Shown: positions 46,160 through 55,644 of the stretch, one piece after another
How the letters are laid out: each line of letters opens with the position of its first letter
Position numbering within the stretch: position 1 is the stretch's first letter
Source: Bacillota bacterium
Lineage (GTDB): Bacteria > Bacillota > Ch66 > Ch109
Reading direction: 5' to 3'
Length of the DNA stretch: 62,840 bases
Assembly: GCA_050952625.1 (NCBI GenBank)
Contig: JBMNLH010000006.1
Span: forward strand, 1 to 62,840
Position numbers and translations under genes: made by a program
Notes under the pieces: model-generated
What the model saw: the letters and a program-made list of their open reading frames with translations, nothing else
Databases searched by the model: none
What the model was told of the DNA's origin: nothing

Positions 46160-48507
46160 AGATAGCGGTCGGCAACAGCCGCATGGATAAGAAATGGAAA
46201 AACAGGGACATCTCATGGGAAAATTTTCTCACCCGGGTTAGCACGACGATCCGCACCACCGAAACGGTATCGGAATTCCGTAAGATGAGCCGTGCGCAGC
46301 AGGATTCCATCAAAGATGTGGGCGGCTTCGTGGGCGGCGCTCTACGTGAAGGTAAACGCAGGAACGGTTATGTCCTCTGCCGCTCCCTGCTCACCTTGGA
46401 TATGGACTACGCCAGGCCAGGAATTTGGGATGAAATTAATATGCTCCACGATTTCAAGTGCTGTGTTTACTCTACTCACAAACATACCCCGGATGCACCG
46501 CGCTTGCGGCTTGTTATCCCTTTGTCCCGCGAGGTCAGCGAGGATGAGTACCCTGCTCTTGCTCGCATGGTAGCAAAGGAAATCGGTATCGACTTATTTG
46601 ACGATACAACTTATGAACCCTCGCGGCTTATGTATTGGCCGTCTACGCCATCCGATGGGGAGTTTGTGTTCCAAGAAAAAGAAGGCGAACTGCTTAACCC
46701 CGATGCATATCTCGGAAAATACGCTGACTGGCGGGATACTTCCATGTGGCCGGTATCCTCGCGTCAGTCAGAAGTGGTTCGTAGCCAGATTACCCAGCAG
46801 GCAGATCCCCTTACTAAGGAAGGCGCAGTCGGTGCGTTCTGCCGGGCTTATTCCATTGAAGACGCAATTGCTACTTTTCTATCCGATGTCTATGAACCCA
46901 GTGCCATGAATGGGCGTTACGACTATATCCCTGCTGATTCTTCAGCGGGACTGGTAATATACGATGGCAAATTCGCTTACAGCCATCACGCTACCGATCC
47001 GGCCTGCGGCAGGCTGCTGAATTCCTTTGATTTGGTGCGAATACACCGCTTCCGCGACCTCGACGACAGGACCGCTATGGATACCCTTCCTGGAAAGCTA
47101 CCCTCTTTTAGGGCTATGACGGAACTAGCCATAAAGGATGAACGGGTCAAGGAGCAATTGGCTGAAGAACGCAAAGCCCAGGCGGAGAAGGAGTTTAGGG
47201 ATACGGATTGGCAGAAAGCCCTGGAACTTGAAAAGACCGGTGCTGTTAAAGACAGTTTCGGAAACTATCTTTTGATATTAAACAATGACCCTAATTTGAG
47301 CGGTATCGTTTTTAACCAACTGCGGGACGGTGTGGATGTTCGTGGGGAAGTACCTTGGCAAAGGTTCAAACCTGGCTGGAGCGAAACAGACGCGGCTAAA
47401 CTTTATGAATATCTGCAAAATCATTATGGCATCTACTCACCGACTAAGACGAATAACGCAGTTATGGCGGCAGCTGCTGCCAGACAATTCCATCCGATAC
47501 GTGAGTATCTTAACACACTTCCTGCCTGGGACGGTGTTAAAAGAGTCGAAACGCTTCTGATTGATTACTTTGGTGCAGAAGATACCCCGTACACCAGGGC
47601 TGTTACCAGAAAGACTTTTGCGGCGGCAGTCGCCCGCATTTATCAGCCAGGGATTAAGTTTGACTACATGCTGGTCATAAATGGTGCGACCGGACTAGGG
47701 AAATCTACGTTTTTTGGCAAGCTGGCCGGAGAGTGGTTCTCGGACAGCCTGACCTTTGCCGACATGGGCAAAGGCAAAGACGCTCCTGAAAAGATACAAG
47801 GGTTCTGGATCATTGAAATCCCAGAACTTGCTGGTATCAGAAAAACCGATGTCAACAACGTAAAAGCATTTTTATCCCGCAGCGACGATAACTACCGTGC
47901 CAGCTACGGCCATACAACAGAAAGTCATCCCCGGCAATGTATTATCGTGGGCAGTACCAACAGTGAAAGTGCTGGGTTTCTGCGTGATGTGACCGGCAAC
48001 CGCCGCTTCTGGCCAGTCCGTGTCAGTGGCAAAAATGCCCGGCGTGGTTGGGATATTACAGATGAGGATGTTCTTCAAATCTGGGCCGAAGCCAAGCTGA
48101 TATGGAACAACGGTGAGAAGCTCTACCTTGAGGGAGACGATGCGGAAGCGGCGGTCAGCGAGCAGGCAGATGCCATGGAATCCGATGAACGTGAAGGCTT
48201 GGTGCGCGAGTATCTCGATATGCTCCTGCCGGAGAACTGGGATACGCTTGATGTTTATCGCAGGCGTGACTATTTCCGGGATCAGAATGACCCAACCAGG
48301 CCGCCAGGTGTTAAACGGCGCGATATTGTTAGCAATATTGAGATCTGGTGCGAGTGCCTGAACAAGAACCGCGAGGATATCAGAACCCGCGATAGCTATG
48401 AAATCACCGCAATCATGCAGAAGATGACCGACTGGCGACGCGGGGATAAAAAGATCCGGATCATCGGCTACGGCCCGCAAAATGTATGGATTAGAAAGCG
48501 GAATTAA
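46156..48507 (+). CDS. VirE (virulence-associated E) family primase-helicase
   Basis: LDMD, STHKH, PRLRL; P-loop GATGLGKST; IEIPEL; YR..YG; GNRRFWPV. Confidence 0.9.
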   Translation: MKIAVGNSRMDKKWKNRDISWENFLTRVSTTIRTTETVSEFRKMSRAQQDSIKDVGGFVGGALREGKRRNGYVLCRSLLTLDMDYARPGIWDEINMLHDFKCCVYSTHKHTPDAPRLRLVIPLSREVSEDEYPALARMVAKEIGIDLFDDTTYEPSRLMYWPSTPSDGEFVFQEKEGELLNPDAYLGKYADWRDTSMWPVSSRQSEVVRSQITQQADPLTKEGAVGAFCRAYSIEDAIATFLSDVYEPSAMNGRYDYIPADSSAGLVIYDGKFAYSHHATDPACGRLLNSFDLVRIHRFRDLDDRTAMDTLPGKLPSFRAMTELAIKDERVKEQLAEERKAQAEKEFRDTDWQKALELEKTGAVKDSFGNYLLILNNDPNLSGIVFNQLRDGVDVRGEVPWQRFKPGWSETDAAKLYEYLQNHYGIYSPTKTNNAVMAAAAARQFHPIREYLNTLPAWDGVKRVETLLIDYFGAEDTPYTRAVTRKTFAAAVARIYQPGIKFDYMLVINGATGLGKSTFFGKLAGEWFSDSLTFADMGKGKDAPEKIQGFWIIEIPELAGIRKTDVNNVKAFLSRSDDNYRASYGHTTESHPRQCIIVGSTNSESAGFLRDVTGNRRFWPVRVSGKNARRGWDITDEDVLQIWAEAKLIWNNGEKLYLEGDDAEAAVSEQADAMESDEREGLVREYLDMLLPENWDTLDVYRRRDYFRDQNDPTRPPGVKRRDIVSNIEIWCECLNKNREDIRTRDSYEITAIMQKMTDWRRGDKKIRIIGYGPQNVWIRKRN

Positions 48508-48515
48508 GTCAGAGG

Positions 48516-48794
48516 TGTTCCAGGCGTTCCAGGTTTGTTCCAGGAAAACTGAACAGCGGGAACAGGCGTTAGCTAAGAAAAATAGGGTACTTGCTAGGTT
48601 CTGTTCCAAGTGTTCCAAGAATTATATATGAGTTATTTGTATTATTACTTCCTATACCTATATGGAACTATATACACGCGTAAGGGTCTATAAGGAATTT
48701 TTCGGTACGGCTGGAACACAATTAAGCGGAATGCCTTGTAAATTCAGGGTTCAAAGCTGTTCCCGGTTGTTGTTCCAAGGTGTGTTCCGTTCCA
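48516..48794. repeat. Putative replication origin: 12 GTTCC/GGAAC iterons around an AT-rich core
   Basis: Copies at 48517, 48526, 48537, 48559(rc), 48603, 48612, 48664(rc), 48713(rc), 48759, 48772, 48784, 48789. Confidence 0.7.
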
Positions 48795-48849
48795 GTAAAT
48801 TATCAAGCAGCAACAGGATGAAAGGAATAGAAATGCTATGGGGAGTCCT

Positions 48850-49131
48850 ATGCGAGAGAAAAAGATAGAACAAAAACTGGTCAAGGCAGTACGCGGCATG
48901 GATGGTTTAGCGCTGAAGTTTGTGTCACCAGGGTTCGATGGAGTGCCTGACCGCTTAATATTATTGCCCCATGGACGGATGGCCTTTGCAGAAATTAAAT
49001 CGATGGGGTGTAAATTACGGCCTATGCAGGTAAGACGAAAAAGACAACTGGAAGCGTTAGGGTTTTCGGTGTACGTCATTGACGGTGAGGAGCAGATTGG
49101 AGGGATGCTGAATGAGATACAATCCTCATGA
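48850..49131 (+). CDS. VRR-NUC nuclease
   Basis: EK.IE..L; K.VSPG..GVPDR; F.EIK; Q. Confidence 0.9.
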   Translation: MREKKIEQKLVKAVRGMDGLALKFVSPGFDGVPDRLILLPHGRMAFAEIKSMGCKLRPMQVRRKRQLEALGFSVYVIDGEEQIGGMLNEIQSS

Positions 49132-50452
49132 ATACCAGGATTATGCCACAAGATTCATCCTTGAGCATCCGATCGCGGCTGTTCTGCTTGAAATGGGTCT
49201 GGGCAAAAGCGTCATTACGCTGACAGCCATTTTCGACCTTACTTTGGACAGTTTCGAGATCCGCAAGGTTCTGGTCATTGCTCCACTTAGGGTGGCACGG
49301 GATACATGGCCAGCGGAAATTGAAAAATGGGATCATCTTAGGGGACTTACCTGCTCGGTGGCCATTGGAAGTGAAGCACAGCGGAAAGCGGCACTTAAGA
49401 AAAGAGCTCAAGTCTACATCATTAACCGGGAGAACGTGAACTGGTTGGTTAACAAGAGCGGTCTTCCCTTCGACTTCGATATGGTGGTAATCGACGAGTT
49501 AAGTTCTTTCAAGGATAACGGCTCTAAACGGTTCAAGGCCCTGCGCAAGGTTCGGCCCGGTGTCAGGAGGATAGTCGGCCTTACAGGAACACCTTCAGCC
49601 AATGGATTGATGGACCTGTGGGCTGAAATCGGCATTCTCGATATGGGACAGCGCCTTGGCCGGTACATCACCCACTTCCGCAATAATTATTTTATGCCGG
49701 ACAAGCGTAACCAGCAGATGGTGTTTTCATACAAACCCCGGCCCGGTGCCGAGGAAGCAATTTACCGGCTGATATCCGACATCACCATCAGCATGAAAAA
49801 TACCGACTATTTGAAGCTGCCGGAACTGGTGATGAACGAGATCCCTGTTTGGCTGGCGGACAAAGAGCAAAAAATCTATGACACCATGAAGCGGGATTTG
49901 GTGCTTTCACTGGAAGGTCGGGAAATTGATGCCTTAAATGCCGCCAGTCTGTCAAACAAGCTTCTACAGATGGCCAACGGTGCAGTCTATGCCGATGATG
50001 GCTCAGTGGCCAAGATCCATGACCGCAAGCTGGATGCATTAGAGGATATTATCGAAGCCGCCAACGGCAAGCCAGTTCTGGTGGCTTACTGGTTCAAGCA
50101 CGATCTGGAGCGGATACTTAATCGTTTCCCCGCTGAAAAGCTGGACAGCGCTGCTTCCATCAGGCGCTGGAATGACGGGGAAATACCGCTGGCCGTGATT
50201 CATCCGGCATCGGCCGGACACGGATTGAATTTGCAGGCGGGCGGTAGTACTTTAATCTGGTTTGGCCTGACATGGAGCCTGGAACTATACCAGCAAACCA
50301 ACGCCCGGCTCTGGCGGCAAGGCCAGAAAGACACAGTTGTTATTCACCATCTGGTAGCCGAAGGAACTATAGATGAGCGCGTAATAAAGGCACTTAAAAA
50401 TAAGGACAATACCCAAGCTGCACTGATTGATGCAGTTAAAGCAATCTTATAG
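49112..50452 (+). CDS. SNF2-family helicase
   Basis: MGLGKS, IDELS, LTGTP, GHGLNLQ, Q.NARL.RQGQ. Confidence 0.92.
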   Translation: MRYNPHEYQDYATRFILEHPIAAVLLEMGLGKSVITLTAIFDLTLDSFEIRKVLVIAPLRVARDTWPAEIEKWDHLRGLTCSVAIGSEAQRKAALKKRAQVYIINRENVNWLVNKSGLPFDFDMVVIDELSSFKDNGSKRFKALRKVRPGVRRIVGLTGTPSANGLMDLWAEIGILDMGQRLGRYITHFRNNYFMPDKRNQQMVFSYKPRPGAEEAIYRLISDITISMKNTDYLKLPELVMNEIPVWLADKEQKIYDTMKRDLVLSLEGREIDALNAASLSNKLLQMANGAVYADDGSVAKIHDRKLDALEDIIEAANGKPVLVAYWFKHDLERILNRFPAEKLDSAASIRRWNDGEIPLAVIHPASAGHGLNLQAGGSTLIWFGLTWSLELYQQTNARLWRQGQKDTVVIHHLVAEGTIDERVIKALKNKDNTQAALIDAVKAIL

Positions 50453-50469
50453 ACGGGGGGGAGAAAAGC

Positions 50470-50688
50470 ATGAATGAACCATATGAAAGGTTGGCAAACG
50501 CCATCGTTTTGCGAGCTGTTAAAGATTACCGTGATGCACTGAAAAGGCTGAAAAAGCATCCCAAGAATGGGTCTGCTTCATATACAAAACGGGAAGTCGA
50601 GCGCTTCTTCCGTTCCGGATGGTACACAACACTTACTACAATTGACTCGGAGATGCTTATCCAACAACTTCGTGAGGAGGTTATATGA
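50470..50688 (+). CDS. Phage hypothetical protein
   Basis: YE.LANAIV..A.KDYR...ERFFRS.W; coupled to the next gene. Confidence 0.78.
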   Translation: MNEPYERLANAIVLRAVKDYRDALKRLKKHPKNGSASYTKREVERFFRSGWYTTLTTIDSEMLIQQLREEVI

Positions 50689-51125
50689 TGACGTCAAAAG
50701 AATATCTTAGCCAGGCATATCGCCTTGACCAACGGATTAATAGTAAATTAGAACAGGTGGCCTCACTTAACGAGCTTGCTACAAAAGCGACATCCACTCT
50801 TACCGGCATGCCGAAGAATCCTAACCGGGCAACATCCAAAATGGCGGATGCAGTGGCTAAAATCGTGGACCTGCAAGCAGAAATAAATAATGACATTGAT
50901 CGTTTAGTGGATTTAAAGCGGGATATTGTAGGAATCATTAAGACAGTTAATAACCCTGAGTATCAGACTCTCCTTGAGAAACGATACCTTTGTTTTGATA
51001 CTTGGGAACAGATCGCTGTGGATATGGGGTACAGTCTTCGCTGGGTACACATTATTCATTCCAGGATATTAGTCGAATTGGGTAAGCAATTCGCAGAAAG
51101 GGGGTTTGAAAATGGGATACTATGA
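50685..51125 (+). CDS. ArpU/RinA-like late transcriptional activator (DUF1492-type)
   Basis: KEYLSQA..LD..I.SK; LLE.RY....TWEQIAVDMGYS.R....H. Confidence 0.82.
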   Translation: MMTSKEYLSQAYRLDQRINSKLEQVASLNELATKATSTLTGMPKNPNRATSKMADAVAKIVDLQAEINNDIDRLVDLKRDIVGIIKTVNNPEYQTLLEKRYLCFDTWEQIAVDMGYSLRWVHIIHSRILVELGKQFAERGFENGIL

Positions 51126-51738
51126 TGCACTTGAAGATAACATCCCCATTGAGCGTGATAAAAAAGGGTTTAACATATTTTATCCTCCCTGCCGCGTATG
51201 TGGAGCGCCGGTATATTCCTGGAGATATCTCAAGGATGCCCAGTATGTTTGCCAAGAATGCAGGCAGCTTTTGGTAGATAAATATAACAACGAGGAAGTT
51301 AGCGTAGACAAACAGACCGGTAGATTTAACCAGGCAATAAAACGCATATCAAAGGTAACATCTATCAACCCGTATAAAAAAGCCATATCAATTGTTTCCA
51401 AAAAGCTTCATAAAAAAGGCTGGTTTCAAAGCACGGAAGAAATTATGGTGGCTCTTGAATTGATTCGACGTAGCGTAACTGCCCATCATCAGACCCGTAT
51501 TTATGATTATTATGTGGATTTTGTCCTACCGCAGTATAAAGTTGCACTTGAAATTGACGGAGCAATCTTTCACAGTAAGGAAAAATTGCGACAACAACAA
51601 TTGCGTGATGAAGCGATTGTATATAAATTAGGCAGCGACTGGGAGGTAATCAGAATTCCAACTGATAATATCAACACCAATATTACCAAGCTGATCCCGG
51701 CAATTAAGGCTGTTCTTGCGAGCAGGAAAAATCGTTAA
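51112..51738 (+). CDS. Zn-ribbon + DUF559/Vsr-like endonuclease
   Basis: CRVC...CQEC; S.EE, Q, YYVDF, LEIDG..FH, RD, W.VIRI. Confidence 0.78.
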   Translation: MGYYDALEDNIPIERDKKGFNIFYPPCRVCGAPVYSWRYLKDAQYVCQECRQLLVDKYNNEEVSVDKQTGRFNQAIKRISKVTSINPYKKAISIVSKKLHKKGWFQSTEEIMVALELIRRSVTAHHQTRIYDYYVDFVLPQYKVALEIDGAIFHSKEKLRQQQLRDEAIVYKLGSDWEVIRIPTDNINTNITKLIPAIKAVLASRKNR

Positions 51739-51792
51739 AAAAACATTTAATAAAAGAGTGCACACTAATTCACTGGTATGCATCTTCCTATG

Positions 51793-51801
51793 TGATACAA
51801 T
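51793..51801 (+). promoter_or_regulatory. Putative late promoter, extended -10
   Basis: TGaTACAAT upstream of HNH-terS; no canonical -35. Confidence 0.5.
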
Positions 51802-51835
51802 GGAATTAATCAAAGTGTGCCAATTAATAAAAATT

Positions 51836-51871
51836 AAAGCCTTCGTGGAAAAATCTGCGGAGGCTTTTCTT
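51836..51871 (+). terminator. Terminator-like hairpin before the HNH gene
   Basis: AAAGCCTTCGTGGA-AAAA-TCTGCGGAGGCTTT-TCTT. Confidence 0.65.
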
Positions 51872-51893
51872 ATGCCAGAATTGAGGTGAAGAA

Positions 51894-52262
51894 ATGCCAA
51901 GGAAGCCTAAAAGACCCTGTTCTTACCCCGGCTGCGGTCGGCTCGCCAATGACGGGCAATACTGCGCTGAACATCAAAAAGCCATGAACAGGAATTACAA
52001 CCAATATCAACGTGACCCAGAATCCAATAAACGATACGGCCGTGCATGGAAACGAATCCGTGATAGATACATCAAGGCCAACCCCCTTTGTGAAGAGTGC
52101 CAAAGGCAAGGCAGGCTTACCCCTGCTGAGGAAGTCCATCACATCCTTCCCCTATCAAAGGGCGGCAGCAACGAGAAGAGCAACCTCATGTCTCTTTGCA
52201 AGTCCTGTCATTCCCGAATCACTGCTGAAAGCGGTGACCGGTGGGGGAGGTTAAATCTCTAA
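51894..52262 (+). CDS. Packaging-associated HNH endonuclease
   Basis: PLCEEC, EVHHI, SNLMSLCKSCH; directly before terS. Confidence 0.92.
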   Translation: MPRKPKRPCSYPGCGRLANDGQYCAEHQKAMNRNYNQYQRDPESNKRYGRAWKRIRDRYIKANPLCEECQRQGRLTPAEEVHHILPLSKGGSNEKSNLMSLCKSCHSRITAESGDRWGRLNL

Positions 52263-52325
52263 AACCTTTTTTAGCGGACAGCGGCGGGGGGCTTCGTGTT
52301 GAAAAATACCGGTTCAAAGGGGGGA
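52243..52325 (+). other. Probable cos packaging region
   Basis: G-rich GCGGCGGGGGG at 52281-52291 between HNH and terS, the usual cos position in HNH-terminase phages. Confidence 0.4.
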
Positions 52326-52358
52326 TTGAAGCCGTGTCTGGAAAGGAGGTGATGGCGT

Positions 52359-52937
52359 ATGGCAAAAGACGGAACAAACAGAGGTGGCAGACGAGTTCGT
52401 GCAGGAGACAAACCAGATCCTCTTGCAGATAAAATCAATAAAGGTAAAACCGCAAAAATACTGGAAGTGCCGGACATAGCCCCTGAGTCGATACTGGAAG
52501 TTGAGGACTTAGATGTGGACTCTGACCTTTACGGAGAAGATATGCCTGCGCCAAGCGACTACCTTAGCAGCAGGCAAAAGGACGGAAAGCCTTTAGGAGC
52601 AGATGCACTATTTATCGAAACCTGGAAATGGTTAAGAGACCGAGGCTGTGAAAAATTTGTTAACCCAAGGCTAATTGAAGCTTATGCTCAAGCCTTTACA
52701 CGATACATTCAATGCGAAGAAGCCATCAGCACTTACGGGCTTTTGGGAAAACATCCTACCACAGGTGGAGCAATCGCCAGCCCTTTTGTGCAGATGAGCC
52801 AGTCGTTTCAGAAACAGGCAAATCTCTTATGGTATGAGATTTTTGACATAGTAAAGCAAAACTGCACCACCGCTTTTGTGGGCAATCCCCAGGATGATAT
52901 TATGGAGGCCCTTTTATCCAATAGGAAGGGACGGTGA
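52359..52937 (+). CDS. Terminase small subunit, P27 family
   Basis: MAKDGTNRGG.R; W.WL...GC; G.L.KHPTTG. Confidence 0.85.
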   Translation: MAKDGTNRGGRRVRAGDKPDPLADKINKGKTAKILEVPDIAPESILEVEDLDVDSDLYGEDMPAPSDYLSSRQKDGKPLGADALFIETWKWLRDRGCEKFVNPRLIEAYAQAFTRYIQCEEAISTYGLLGKHPTTGGAIASPFVQMSQSFQKQANLLWYEIFDIVKQNCTTAFVGNPQDDIMEALLSNRKGR

Positions 52938-52943
52938 TAATAA

Positions 52944-54170
52944 GTGAATTCAACAGAACGTTTTGAAAAAGTAAATATAGATAAACTGGTACCCTACGCC
53001 AGAAATGCTCGTACTCATAGCAAAGAACAGATTCTCCAACTTAGAGCATCGCTGAGGGAATTTGGATTTGTCAATCCAGTCATCGTGGACAAGGATTTAA
53101 ACATCATAGCAGGTCATGGCAGAATCCTGGCCGCCAAGGAAGAAGGCGTCCAGGAAGTCCCTTGTGTATTTGCAGAGCATCTTAGCGAAGCGCAAAAACG
53201 AGCTTACATTATTGCCGACAATCGCCTGGCCTTAAACGCAGGCTGGGATGCTGAGATGCTTTCGGTAGAGATTTCTGATCTTCAAGGTGTAGATTTTGAT
53301 ATCTCCCTTCTTGGTTTTGACGATGCGGAGTTAAATAAATTGTTGAGCGATAATGATGATGTCCAAGAAGATGATTTTGATGTAGATACGGAGCTAAAAA
53401 AACCTACTACTACTAAGCCGGGTGATATTTGGCTTTTAGGAAAACATCGTCTTGTTTGCGGTGATTCCACTAAGGCTGAAACATTTGAACTATTGATGGA
53501 TGGAAAACAAGCTAACCTTACAGTTACAGACCCCCCTTACAATGTAAATTATGAAGGAACAGCTGGAAAAATTAAAAACGATAATATGGCTAATGAAGCA
53601 TTCTATAACTTCCTGCTTTCATCGTTTAAGAACATCGAAGCAGCAATGGCAAAGGATGCTTCTATTTATATATTTCATGCGGATACTGAAGGGTTGAATT
53701 TCAGAAAGGCTTTCTCTGATGCCGGCTTTTATCTTTCCGGCACCTGCATTTGGAAAAAGCAATCGCTGGTTCTGGGACGTTCTCCCTATCAGTGGCAACA
53801 TGAGCCTGTGCTCTTTGGCTGGAAGAAGTCTGGCAAACACAACTGGTATGCAGACCGCAAGCAAACTACCATTTGGGAATTTGAAAAGCCGAAAAAGAAT
53901 GCAGATCATCCAACAATGAAGCCTGTTACACTGGTGGCTTACCCTATTTTAAACTCAAGCTTAACTAATTGCATCGTTCTTGATCCCTTCGGCGGCTCCG
54001 GAAGTACACTTATTGCCTGCGAGCAGACGAACCGAATCTGTCATATGATTGAGCTTGATGAAAAGTTCTGTGATGTTATTGTGAAGCGTTTTTATCAGAA
54101 TTTTCCTGAAAACGCGATAAAACTAAACGGCAGCCATGTAAATCCAGAGCTGCTGTTTAAAGATTGCTGA
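52944..54170 (+). CDS. ParB-N + amino (N6-A/N4-C) DNA methyltransferase
   Basis: IIAGHGR, IADN; TDPPYNV; HPTMKP; DPFGGSGST. Confidence 0.92.
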   Translation: MNSTERFEKVNIDKLVPYARNARTHSKEQILQLRASLREFGFVNPVIVDKDLNIIAGHGRILAAKEEGVQEVPCVFAEHLSEAQKRAYIIADNRLALNAGWDAEMLSVEISDLQGVDFDISLLGFDDAELNKLLSDNDDVQEDDFDVDTELKKPTTTKPGDIWLLGKHRLVCGDSTKAETFELLMDGKQANLTVTDPPYNVNYEGTAGKIKNDNMANEAFYNFLLSSFKNIEAAMAKDASIYIFHADTEGLNFRKAFSDAGFYLSGTCIWKKQSLVLGRSPYQWQHEPVLFGWKKSGKHNWYADRKQTTIWEFEKPKKNADHPTMKPVTLVAYPILNSSLTNCIVLDPFGGSGSTLIACEQTNRICHMIELDEKFCDVIVKRFYQNFPENAIKLNGSHVNPELLFKDC

Positions 54171-54370
54171 TAAGCGCTTATTGGGTAAAATTGAACCTAC
54201 ACTGGAGTATTTCTTATTAGAGTAGTTCCGAGTATTGGTCATAATATCCGAGGCTTGACCGCTGACAAAACTTAAGTCGCATTTTTTATAATATAACTCA
54301 CATACCACTTGCTATTTACAGCTTTCAGAGTGATATATGTTACTACCAAAAAAGAAAGGTGGTATGGAAA

Positions 54371-55147
54371 ATGAGGATTGACTACAATGTGACAGGCCCA
54401 AGACGCAAAGCCCTGGTAGAAGCTATCAGCCAGGAACTAAACGCCCCGGTAAAATACCTGGGTGCTCCTACCTTCACTTATGAGGTGGACAGCTATAACG
54501 TTGACAGGAACGGGGTGCTTGCAGGTAAGGACAACCCCGTACTGGTTGCTGACCTTTTAGGATTACATGATTTCAAAGCGGTTTGTGAAGAATATGATGC
54601 CCCGCTTCCTGAAGCAGAGCCCGTTCCAGAGGATTTGCAGATCCCCTATGAAGATGCTCTTGGCGGCAGGATTAGTCCTTATCGGGATTACGAAGAACCG
54701 CCTTTACATGACTCAATCGGGCAAGAAGCCGATTCCTTGACCATCGAAATGCCAAGGGCAGATTTTACTGATGCAGCGATTGAAAACCTAAAAAGACTGG
54801 TAGAAAGCAAAGAAACTCTCATTAAGAAGGCTTTGGATGCCGACTCAGTTCCGGTAATCGTTGAAGAAGAAATTATAAGTTTTCCTTGGTTTAGGGGTGA
54901 GCGGAACTCCGATGAAATCAAAGCCTACACCCATTTTATTGCGGCTCTTTGCGAAATAGCCAAGACGCTAAAAAGGGTTAATGCCAGAGAAAAAGATGTA
55001 GAAAATGAGAAGTACGCTTTCCGCTGTTTCCTCCTGCGCCTGGGCTTTATAGGCCCGGAATACAAGGCTGAGCGCAAAATTCTTATGTCCAAACTAACCG
55101 GCAGCTCTGCTTTTAGGAGCGGCCAGGCTAAAGGCAAGGAGGATTAA
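54371..55147 (+). CDS. Conserved prophage protein of unknown function
   Basis: RK.LV.AI...L....KYLGAPT..Y; FPWF; NEKYAFRCFLLRLGFIG. Confidence 0.78.
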   Translation: MRIDYNVTGPRRKALVEAISQELNAPVKYLGAPTFTYEVDSYNVDRNGVLAGKDNPVLVADLLGLHDFKAVCEEYDAPLPEAEPVPEDLQIPYEDALGGRISPYRDYEEPPLHDSIGQEADSLTIEMPRADFTDAAIENLKRLVESKETLIKKALDADSVPVIVEEEIISFPWFRGERNSDEIKAYTHFIAALCEIAKTLKRVNAREKDVENEKYAFRCFLLRLGFIGPEYKAERKILMSKLTGSSAFRSGQAKGKED

Positions 55148-55149
55148 GA

Positions 55150-55392
55150 ATGATTAAGGAAATGCATACAGAAATGCTAAAGCAACTTAAGAGCTATTAT
55201 CCACCAGGCACAAGGGTAATGCTTATCAGAATGAATGACCCCTATACCAAGCTTCAGCCCGGCACTAAAGGCACTGTCACTGGTGTTGATGACATTGGAA
55301 CAATCCATGTAAATTGGGATTCTGGTGGCTCTTTAGGGATAGCTTTTGGCGAAGATGAATGCCGGAAAATTGGGGGGCCAGAATATGAATGA
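55150..55392 (+). CDS. DUF4314 protein
   Basis: YP.GTRV.L..MNDPY..L.PGTKGTV..VDDIGTIHV.WD.G.SL. Confidence 0.85.
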   Translation: MIKEMHTEMLKQLKSYYPPGTRVMLIRMNDPYTKLQPGTKGTVTGVDDIGTIHVNWDSGGSLGIAFGEDECRKIGGPEYE

Positions 55393-55564
55393 GAAGATTA
55401 AGGAGCAGATACTAATTATTAGGAACAGCGGTGTTACAAATATGTTTGATGTTAATAGAGTCCAGCATGAAGCTAACTGCCTAGGCTTTTATGAGTTAGT
55501 TTTATATTTGGAAGAGCATAAAGATGAATACGGTCGTTTTATTCTAACTGGTGAAACATCGTAA
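55385..55564 (+). CDS. DUF5049 protein
   Basis: IKEQIL.IR.SG.TNMFD...VQ..A...GFYELV...E....Y..FILTG. Confidence 0.85.
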   Translation: MNEKIKEQILIIRNSGVTNMFDVNRVQHEANCLGFYELVLYLEEHKDEYGRFILTGETS

Positions 55565-55582
55565 ATAGCTTTTCAAAAGCAA

Positions 55583-55612
55583 GGAGCTTTCAAGCGAAGG
55601 CTCTTTTCTTTT
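55583..55612 (+). terminator. Intrinsic terminator before terL
   Basis: GGAGCTTTC-AAGC-GAAGGCTCT-TTTCTTTT. Confidence 0.7.
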
Positions 55613-55644
55613 GCCCATTTATATCACGGAAGGAGGCGGCGTTT

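Noticed and set aside
48516-48794. GTTCC repeats as a CRISPR array
   Set aside because: Cores are only 5-9 nt, in both orientations and irregularly spaced; no cas genes.
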